Of a stretch of 64,000 nt of DNA, positions 25,110 through 35,839 are shown piece by piece; within the stretch, counting starts at the first letter, position 1; each line of letters opens with the position of its first letter. The notes beneath the pieces were generated by a model that ran no database searches, was not told the origin of the DNA, and saw only the letters and a list, made by a program, of their open reading frames with translations. Source of the stretch: Intoshia linei (Eukaryota; Animalia; Orthonectida); assembly GCA_001642005.1 (NCBI GenBank), contig LWCA01000059.1:1-64000 (forward strand). The letters are read 5' to 3'. Made by a program: the position numbers and the translations under genes.

Positions 25110-28100
25110 TTATTGTAATAAAAGTAAACATTTTTTACACTGATTAACAAGAATATTTTTTATTGTTTCATTTCGCTTGTTCTTTAGATTCAAATTTAAT
25201 TTTCCCTTATAATGTTCAATTATATATTTTACTCCTTCGCATGCATGCATTTCTGCGGCCTATATAAAATATAATATTAAATTTATTATTACTTATAAAA
25301 AGATTCATTAAATGTGATGAATAATTACTGTATGTAATGGTGTATTATCCATGTAATCTGTAGAATTGATGTCGGCGCCAGCTGTTACATAGCAATTAAC
25401 TTTTTCGTAATGGCCTAATGATATTGCTCTAAAATTTTAAATATAATCCCTATATGTTCGGTCTATTTTTACCTTGTATTCGTATCTAATTTGAAAAGTA
25501 TAATATTTAGCAAAAAAATACAAATATTTTCACTTAGCATATATAATATATGTATTAGGAGTGTGAACGAATTTTTATATCAAAAGTGCACCCTTCCACC
25601 ATATGAACATTTTGAAAATATTCAATTTGCACCCAATCTTACCTCTCAACTGTTAAAAAAAACCCTGGGGCATCGCCTCTAAAGTTTTGAACAATATATG
25701 ACAATTTTCTTAAAAATATTATTTTAAATATAAAATTTTTTATACAAATAGCTATAAAGATGCCCAAAATTATCGTCTAAAAAATCATGAACGCCGAATT
25801 AATAAAAAAACCGATATTAATAAGAACTGAATAAATATAAATTGAAAATTAATTGTTATGGAAATAATTATTACTATGAAATTTACTATACAAAAAAAAT
25901 TAAATTTTGATTACTATTCATATTTTGAAGTGCTTTGCCCTAGGGTTTTTTTAATCTTTTTTATATAATTTATTGATAATTGTGTATCATTCAACCCCAT
26001 CTTCCACGTATGGGGTGGCACTTTTGTATTTTCGCAAAAAAGTGAAAAAATTCACACCCCTAATATGTATGCTGTATTATATATAATACATACAGCAGCC
26101 ATGTAAAACTTGCGGTCCACATCGACTTTGTATATGTATATATACTATATTATTATTAAATATTCCAAAATTAATTGTGTATCATTATCAGACCTAAACT
26201 ACGAGAAAATCACATTGACGAGATCAACGATATAATTAAAATTATGATAATTATCTCTTACTTCAAAATTAGTAAAAATACGTGCAAGTCATATCAAATT
26301 AAATTCTAGTTTTATCATTCTAATGTTAATTTAATAAAATCAATGGATACAAAAAAATAAATAATTAAATCATTGAGTATTACACACTGATCTCGATTCA
26401 TATTATAATGACTTTCAAAGGTAATACTAGAAAAAATTTTTAAAAAAATGGCCCGCTTCGTATTTCAGTTTGACATGGCTGACATACAGTGTAAGTGTAT
26501 GTTATACACGTAGAAATATTAATCTATTAAGTATAATATCAGTGGTTCTTATATTAGTTTCAGTTATTGAACAGGGAAATGTAAATTACAGTATAGATAT
26601 CAAAACTTTTAGATGCTTCACAAAAACACTATTAGCCCTAGAAATTGAATTTAAACATTATTTTCCTTTTCTTAATTAAATGAAATTTTATTAAACTTAT
26701 ATTTTTTTGAGTTGACGATATAGATATTAAAAAAACTATTTTGATGATGAATGTTCGTTAGAATCAATAAGCTTTTATACAAAAATATATAAAGATTTTA
26801 CTCCCGTGCAACGTGTAATACACAGTGTGTATATAACTGGTTTTCTACCTCTTAGATATAAAAATATAGTAAATTACACATATTTAAAATCATAAAATTA
26901 ACTCTACTAACTAAATTAGTGGAAAAGCTGAGAACCACTGTTTAAAAACGTACTACTAAATTACTGGCAAATATTATATCCAACAAGATGCGGATTATTA
27001 AGGTAAGCCCCAGTTTTGATTAGAAGTTTTATAATTTCGAGATGAATAAATTGTACAGCATTATCCAGTGGTGTAAAACCAAATCTATCCTTCGCGTGAA
27101 CAATGGCTCCCTTTGCCAACAAAAACCTAGTTATGCCAACATTTCCTTCAGAAGCTGAAATGTGTAAAGCCGTTCTTCCGTCATAGTCACTGCAATTAAT
27201 TACACCGTCCTACATTTTATGAATACATTATATTGTAAGAATACATGTTGCAATATATTATTCAAAGCCGAAATATCATTGTTTCGAGTGGCAGAACAAA
27301 CTAGATAAGGCATTATTGCATCACATAATTCATTAGATGCCTGTTTATAAATAAATTTTGATTGGTAATATATAATTTTACAGCTCTTGTTTTTAAATTC
27401 ATAGCTTCAGATATCTGTTCAATGAGGGAATTGTCGTATAATGCACCATCTGTGGTCGTTTTTATGCATCTCATTTCTCCTCTCAAGTTTGATTCCATTA
27501 ATTTACATTTATCAGAGTAACTTGCATTTTTACCTAATACATAGCTCAACTTTGCCAATGTTGTTTCTACCGTCATATCACTACCAGAAACAACGCCAAT
27601 ATCATGAAATATCTGTTGTACCGTTGAAAATTTTTATATAAAATATACCTTTCCCGTTTCATATGCTGAGGAAACTGAACCTTTTGCACATTGACTTATA
27701 TTAACAATTAAAACGCCTCTATTAATAGCTTTCTTTAATATATCAATAAATTTAACATTTTCATAAGGACCATTTCCTGATCCATACGATTGTATTACGA
27801 ATCCTTGAATAGGAGGTTGACAAAATGTTTCAATCTATTCAGTTGGTCATGTAAATATATGATTACTATTTGATCGGGTATTCCAGGGTTAAGTCTAATT
27901 ACACCCACATTTTCGGACATTTTGCAAAAAATATCGAAAGGTTCAGACACACCCGCAATTAATACTTGATTCCAGTTAACTAAATTTATATTAGAAATAA
28001 AAAATTATTAACCATTTATATTAATTCCGAAAGTGACCAAAGGAACTTCGTTGTGAGAATCGAAAGCATTAAAACCTGCACTGTCATATTTAGTAGTTCT

Positions 28101-29384
28101 ATTTCCTCTCAAAATTTTATTACTAAAAGCAATGAGCACCTATAATTATATTGTATCCTATATAAATCTTTATATAAATTACTTCAGGTATGTAATAATA
28201 TCCGGCTGTAACAAGGGCATCAATAAAATTATCGCGACCGTCGCTTCGAAGTTCAAAAATTGGAACCTAAATGTCAGAGTGAAAAATAATTATATTGTTT
28301 ACTTGCGATCCTGTCAAAATGACAGGTTTGCCTAAATTTTCCAACATAAACGATAAGGCAGAAGCTGTATAAGCCATAGTATCTGTTCCATGTAGTATGA
28401 CAAATCCGTCGAATTCTTTATAATAATTCTATCCAAAAAATAACCCAATTTATTACTTAAATTACTTTTATGTCATTTGCTATTTGTACCCAATTTGAAA
28501 TACACATGTTAGCCGAGTCTAACAACGGATTGTATTCAATAACATCGTAAATAATTTTAAAATTGTCCTTTTTACCCCTAAATAAGTTTAAATTTAAATT
28601 TGATGTATTTACGGAAGAACAAGAGGAATTTCGTCCAATTTAGGAAAGTGTTCATTAATATACTCGATATCGTTGAATAGAGTAGAATTGCATAGTTCAC
28701 TTTTCAAAACATTTTTGGATGGAACATAAACTAAAACATTAGCGTTGAATAATTATATTCATTTTCAGGGGTAAAAAAAAGTTAATTATAAAAGACACAG
28801 GCATATTTCAATTTTTTTTAAATCAGAAAAACTCTAAATAATTCAGATTTTATAATTATAAAATTTAATATAAGTTATTTTTTCTTAATCATCTAATACA
28901 GAGGTAGGGGAAGCATTTAATATTCGAAGACCGCACTAACGTCCCAAAAATTTAATAAGGCCGCACCTTTCTAAATAAAAATTAAATCAACTACTGCAGT
29001 GCTTCTCATGTGGGTGAATACGAAAATTTTAGATGATTAAAGTGAATTATACATTTTTAGCATTTGTATTCAAATTAATGAAATTTTATGAGAAAAAACC
29101 AAAATTTTACCAATATTTTTTTTAAAATCCCATTTCACCAAAAATTACTATAAAATATTTTAAATGAAAAATTGTTCAGAAGGCCGCACTTTTACCACTT
29201 CTGATCTAATATATATTAAATTATTTTTAAAATATACCACTGATTACGCAATATTACCTCCATTTTTTGTTTTCATCCCAATTGTACCACCCGTGTATAT
29301 GACCAATATCGACTTAAAACACTCATTGACAGTTAACAAAGAAATCAATTTACCAATATCAGCAATATGATTTTTTTTATTCAT
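25110..29384 (-). CDS. ASPG: L-asparaginase with ankyrin repeats, tandem copy 2
   Basis: Same exon structure and motifs as copy 1 ([52 protein letters not shown]); ATG at 29384, stop at 25112-25110. Confidence 0.92.
25556..26062 (+). mobile_element. hAT-type MITE family 1, copy 1 (in ASPG copy-2 intron)
   Basis: TIR TAGG(A/G)GTGTG...CACACCCCTA; perfect 8-bp TSD ATATGTAT; homologous in inverted orientation to 45741-46246. Confidence 0.9.
26540..26940. mobile_element. MITE with CAGTGGTTCT TIRs
   Basis: CAGTGGTTCT ... AGAACCACTG inverted termini; no clear TSD. Confidence 0.55.
28899..29203. mobile_element. hAT-type MITE (in ASPG copy-2 first intron)
   Basis: Ends CAGAGGTAGG / CCACTTCTG; perfect TSD ATCTAATA; related sequence starts at ~61127. 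Confidence 0.8.
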
Positions 29385-29437
29385 AATAAAATCAAATGGA
29401 TTTAAATTTTATTTTATGTACAATAAGATGAATGACA

Positions 29438-30827
29438 TTAAACGTTGAACTTATTTCTCAATAGACACATGGATATCCAAATTGCTTCCTAATAGAAATA
29501 TAATGATGAGTACAAGATTGAATATGTTATATTGAGATAAACCTCTGTTCTAATAGTTTTAGTTCCTTGATTTGGACATGTATTAACATAAAATTCGAAA
29601 AAATCTCGTACATTATCAGGCATATCACTATCTAATAAAACTGCATTCTCTAATCCTTTTACACCTCCAAAGACTACTAGACAGTGTCTAAAAAATAATA
29701 ACATAATAGCGATTTGCATTTAAAAATATAGAAAAAACCTAAATTTGGGGAAATCCACCTTTTCTACATTATCGCCTTTATCCGAAGTACCTATGATTAA
29801 ATCATACCCGTTTTTAGAAAAAGAACATTCATTAAAAACATTTGATAATTTATCTGCATATCGAATATAATACCCCCTGTAAAAATTTTCCTCCATATTG
29901 TAACGATATGGGTTTTTTATAAAACTGTCAATTTTATCTAAATATATATTTTTTTTAAAATTATATTTTTACTTTTTTTCATAGATACGGTAATTCTTTC
30001 ATTTAATTCAAATGCACCATCTACATGAGCCATAGAATCCAAGCCAACATTTACCAAACATCGAGTATCATTAATTTTATCTACAATTATTCCCTCTCGG
30101 TATTTACATTCATCTGTGGATTGACAATGATGAGTCATGTTGGTTGGATGCAATAAACCAGCAAATTTTAAATCTTGATGCATGTCAAATTTCTGACGTC
30201 GTAAATATGCTGGACATTCCAAATAATCCAGGATTCGCATCATTTTTTTGCACGCTTCCGTCGATTTACTAAAAAAATAATAACATTGATTACAAAAATT
30301 ACCTATCATTTGGATTTTCATTAAAAATAATAATTTCATCAATAGAATATACCGCTAAAACTTTTGATATCTGAAAATAAAAGAAATGTGAGTCGTTTTT
30401 ACCTGATAAACAAGGGCTGTCTGTAAAATTGGATTTTGAACATTTGATAAAATCGATGCTGGAAGTGCTACTGAAATTGATCCGTTAAAATCTGTTAAAT
30501 TAGATGAAACAATGAAAGTTTAGTGTCATATCATAAAATTATACAAAAAGAAGTAAAGGAATATTTACTTTAATGTTCACGTAATACTTTATTTAATATA
30601 CCTGTTTTATTTTTTCTAATGTTTTTCATAGCTTTTCTTAACTAAATATACATTAAATATTCCATAAATATTTTTTACGTGTATTAATGATTTGGAGGGT
30701 GTGTATAAATCTAAATTTTATAATAAATATAAATGTATGATAAAATACCCTTCACAATTTTAATTGATCCATTAAATTTTTCTTTTTTTGCCATTTTTTT
30801 AGGTGGTTCTATCACTTCAGATTTTAA
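29438..30827 (-). CDS. SPOUT1: SPOUT-domain methyltransferase C9orf114/CENP-32 (possibly the C-terminal part of a LYAR fusion)
   Basis: ISVALPASILSNVQ..LVYQISKVLAVYSIDEIIIF, ILDYLECPAYLR..DLKFAGLLHP..HH..YREG, YDLIIGTSDKG, LVVFGGVKGLE, VNTCPNQGTKTIRTEEAI; stop at 29440-29438. The 5' boundary is uncertain (ATG at 30794, or fusion with LYAR). Confidence 0.9.
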
Positions 30828-31064
30828 CTAAAACGAAATATCACTAAATATTTCAGCATTAACTCATCATTCATGAAGACGTTAATATTAAATCAATATG
30901 GTTGTATAAAAAATCGTAAAATGATAAACACAACACTGAATTGCAATCTGGGGTAAAATGATGTACAACAAAATCGGCCTGTAGGTTTGCCTGACTTCGC
31001 AGTACAAACTTTGTACATATTTCGAGACAAAATAAATTTTTTCTCTATGATAACATAAAATTAC

Positions 31065-32124
31065 GCAGATTTCCTTGAGTTTTTTATTTTTTATATAATC
31101 ATCAATAAATTTCCATGCATTTTCGACTGTATTTGTATCTCTAATTTTCAAACTATTCGAAACGAATGCCTAAAAATTATATCACATTAAAAGTAAATAC
31201 AATATTTTTTCAATAATTAGCCAGTTCCGTAGTTTACCAATCCAGTATAAATGTATGTCTAATTATCTTTGTATTTTGGAAATGTTCATAAACAGGGGCC
31301 AATGTATGGAAAAATTATTTAATAAAAATTCATAGTATTATGTACGATTTGTGTTATATATTTCGCAAAATCACGGTAAAATTGGTGCCAACATTGGCGA
31401 ACTAGTTGAAGAATATTGTAATTGTATCCAAATATAATAAACAGTTTTTACAACAATGATGTATTTACCATAAATTTCTTAATTTTTTTGGGGATATTTG
31501 TAGATTGAAGTAATTTTTGGTAAACATATTTATCCTTTGACGTTTTTACAATAGCCACATTACATGCTTCATGAACCATCTAATATAAGAGTTATTTCAT
31601 ATAAATATAGTATTATAATATTACATTGGTCCAGTCTGCTTGCTTCTTATCACCCTTGGAGTGATCAATTTGGTTAACGTCAAAATTTGGCCCATATTTA
31701 TTTTTTTCAGAAACGCACATTCTATGACTGTCAAAAGTATCCAAGCTAAATATTGATAAATAATAACAATAATATACAAACAGGTCATATACATCCGAAA
31801 ATGACTATTCTCAACCTATCGGATATCGCCACTTCTGAGAAATTTCAGATTGTAACTAAATGATGAAAGAATTTTGATTTGATAATACAGAGATTAAATT
31901 ATACAAATTATGTATAAGAAAAATTTAAGAATAAGAAATTGGTACTAATATGTATTATTTAAAAAATTTCATGAAAAAAACTAAAAATTAATAAATATCA
32001 ATTACCTAAATGTTTTTTGACAATCCATACAAGTGACCATAGATTTGCAATTATATTCAATGTGATTTCTAACCATTTTCTTTCGAAGAGAATCTCCACA
32101 ATTTTCACACGAAAACACTACCAT
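31065..32124 (-). CDS. LYAR: Cell growth-regulating nucleolar protein LYAR (C2HC zinc fingers); 3' end unresolved
   Basis: MVVFSCENCGDSLRKKMVRNH...C..VTCMDCQKTF..FDSHRMCVSEKNKYG..KGDKKQADW..NIPKKIKKFMAFVSNSL...W. Unspliced, the ORF runs to 30888; otherwise it splices at 31064 into the SPOUT1 frame. Confidence 0.9.
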
Positions 32125-33275
32125 TAATATCAAATTAAAGACTTCACGTGATTAAAATAAATAAAGTTACTATCTATTTAAGATTAGTCATTTTTGATAT
32201 TCAATTTTACTATAAATTTTATACTAACGTAATTACTAATTAGTCGTATTGACTTTGGTTTAATTGACCCCACAAATACACAATATTAAATTTTCTAACC
32301 ATTTTTTTTCGATCTTTTGGTTAATTGTACCGATATTCATGTAACCTTCGCTTAATGCAGCTAAATCAAATCTCTTCAAATTGGTAATTTATGAATTACC
32401 TTGAATTAGTGTGGTATAATTCTAGAATCCATTAACCACACTTTGATGGTTAACTGTACTCAGTACAGTTAACCTTATATTATAGTACACTGTAATGTCA
32501 AAATTATCAAAATTTTTATTGAATATTCAAATATTACATTTAAAGTAGTGTTCAAAATGGTTCAAATTAAAATTGTACATTTATAAAATTAGCCAAATGA
32601 GTAATTCAACGTAAAAACGACAAATTTTTATAAAATTAGTAACTTTTTGAAAAGATAGAATAATACATATACCCGTTTACAACATTTGTAAATTAAGTAA
32701 AATTTTAAAAATCTATAATTATTATAAAATGTTGATAAACTTAATTTTTAAATTTTAAATCAAAATCAGTTATTCTAGCCTAGAACTTCGAACCTATCGT
32801 AACCGAGACCCCTTTTCACGGATTTGAACGAATTTTTTGTAAAATGGGGGCCATGTTTCCAAAGTGAGCATTAAAAAGATTATCTTTTTGAATATCATAA
32901 CTATTTTGTGTTACATTTAAAATGTCAAGTTAAGAGCCTTAGAGAGGTCATACAATATGACACTATGCATCATTTTGTAAAAACATTTTTTAGGGGTAAT
33001 TTTTCAATTTGAAGTGACTTCGATCTTGGTAGGTTCGGCTCTCGGGATAATTCAAATTTAATCATCAAAAAACTTATGATTATCGCACATAGTCAGTATT
33101 CAAAAATTTAAACTAAGTTTAAAACTAATGTTATATTCAATCTTTGTACTATGTAGTATATGATATTAACCATGTTAATAATAATAACTTGTTACATCTA
33201 AGTTGAAAATGATCAATAAATAACCACAAATAAAGATATGTTGACGAAAATTTGCTTAAAAACATTTCCAACATT

Positions 33276-35820
33276 ATGATTATATTTCAAATTTTGCTAA
33301 TAGTAAAATATATTCACGGATACAACAAAAAATTGTCTGGCAATTTGCCAATAACTGAATATACAATACCATCTACTGCATATTACCCTTGCATAACTCG
33401 GAATGGAATTAAAATTTTTGGTTGCACATCTGATTATGGGGGAAATTCAGGGATTGTAAACTTTCTTCTTCCAAGATCCGAATATACCTGGGAAGATGAA
33501 TTCCACACAAATGTTATTAATAACAATGAAAATGTTGTTTATTTTATAAATGCTGACATGATCAATGAGTAATTTTTTTATAATAAAAATATTTATTAAT
33601 TTTAGAAAAACTTTTAATTTTATATTTTTAAAACCCGATAAAATTGCAGGGATTGTATTTTATGATGATACCGGAAAATATAATCATTGGAATGATACGC
33701 TATTTAGAAAATACATGTGTAATTTTTAAATTATACTGATTATTGTAAAAAATGTATAATTATGATAAATTTAGACGATTATTCAAAAATTCCCATAATC
33801 TATTTAAAAGATGTAACAACTTTGAAATTTATCAAGGAAGAGGTATACTAAAAATATAATGGATATCATTCCAATTTTATATTTCAGTGTTATGAAAAAT
33901 ATAATGCTAATGATAATATGGTTCGTAAATGTAAAGCCAACTTGCGGACAAGCATGACATCCCAAGCACCAGTAATGAAATGTTTGAATAGATCTGATGA
34001 TAATTTCTCTTCCGCAATTTTTCAATCTCCCGGTATTTAACTATCAGTACACACACGGGGAAAGTGCTCCCGCGTTATGATTATTTAAGGGTTATATGAC
34101 AGTGGGTTTAAGGTGGATAAAGTCCACTAGGAATATATAAAATATCATGCCAGTGTGGAAACTTGATACAATTCATTTAAAAATAATTTAATATTTTTTG
34201 TCGTCATCAACTATAATATATTTATTCCCTAATTAAAATATTTAGTTAGATGTAATTTATTGGGCGGAAAAAGCGTTCATTACATGACAGAATCAGATGA
34301 ACCAATTTCATATCTGTTCCAAATACCTGTAAGTTCATTTGACTGTATTTATGAAAAATAAAACATTTAATTGATTAGATTGATGGATTTTCAATGTTTG
34401 ACGGATTTGCACCTAGTATTACCACTACAGTTGTCCCACTTGCTCTATTTTTAAATTTTATGAATTCTTTAAACATGAAAGATTTAAAAAAAGAAATAAT
34501 TTTCTCATTGTTTGGTGGAGTAATTACATTAAATATTAAAATTAATTCATTTAAACAGGAAACAATGAATTCGATTGGAAGTACTCGAATGAATTTAGAC
34601 TTAAAAGATAAAACGTTTCCCAGAATGTTCAAAGTTTCTAAAACTGCTAAATACTACAATTTCAAATATTACAACATTCTATATGATTTTAATGCTACGC
34701 TTCAAGAGAATGTAATATTTAAATAAAAATGTGTATTCAGTATTAGTGTTTGAATTATTTTGACCAAATGGAACAGTACAAAACTGATTCAAAAGCAAAA
34801 AATACAGGACTCCTAGCATGTCATCAAAAGGAATTTGTAGAAAATGAGTAAACTAATTTTATTTTTTATTCCAGCATTTAGATTTCTATTCACGTCAATT
34901 TTTGATACCATTAAAAACTTTGAAAGGAATTGTAAAGTTAATAAAACTGATGTTAATGAGGCTATTGATAGTCATACCAAAAAAATTATTCAATTTATTT
35001 TTGGATATGAGAAAGTAAAACTATTTGACAGCAAAAGAAAATTTGACGTAATATAATTTAAATTGAGAGTTTATAATTTAGTAAATTATATTTAAAGTAA
35101 ATTAAATTTACTAGCCAAACGAATTTATAAATTGTGTTGCTGTCAATTCCAATTGTACGTTATTTAATGCAGTCATTTCAGATCATGAAAAAATTCAATT
35201 AAGTAAAACCCTTATAAATTATATTACTAAAAAGAATATTATTTAATATTTTCTTGTATAAAATATTTAGGTGGTCCAATGGATTTATATGTTGGTATAA
35301 ACGAAAATGAAAATATGTTCACATTCATGGTCAAGCGTTTAGTGGATTATATCACCGGAGAAAATGTACCCAATGTTAACATTACTGAATGCCACAACAT
35401 GACTACCAAAGTATTTTAATACTGTATTTATCTTAAATAATTTTAGAACTACACGTATATATGGATGAATGGATACAAAAAAGAAGGGTTATGTATAAAA
35501 TCATCAGCATTTTATTCCAAAGCAATGTTAGAAAACGCCACAGATGATAAAGGTAGATTATGTTAAACATGTAACTAAAATATTCAGTGTACAGATATAT
35601 AAATTCAAAACATTTAATGGCGGAAAGTAGTTGGAATACTGATAGTATACAATTTACCCTTTATATTGTACAGTCAAAAAATTATCAAGTAAATTGAAAA
35701 TATTGTTATTATAATATATTTTAATTTTATTAGCGAACAATTATTTCTGTTTCAATAGTATGGACAATTGTTGTTATTATAGGTTTGTGGTGGATATTTA
35801 AACATGTAACTTTGAAATAA
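33276..35820 (+). CDS. NCSTN: Nicastrin (gamma-secretase subunit), divergent and shortened
   Basis: Signal-like N-terminus, PCITRNGIKIFGCTSDYGGNSGIV, KIPIIYL..CYEKYN..C...MKCLNRS, IDGFSMFDGFAPS, FSLFGGETMNSIGSTRM..KTFP, FTSIFDT, C..NSNCTLF, YVGI, AESSW, a TM helix and TAA at 35818-35820. Confidence 0.85.
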
Positions 35821-35839
35821 ATACATTTTATATATAAGT

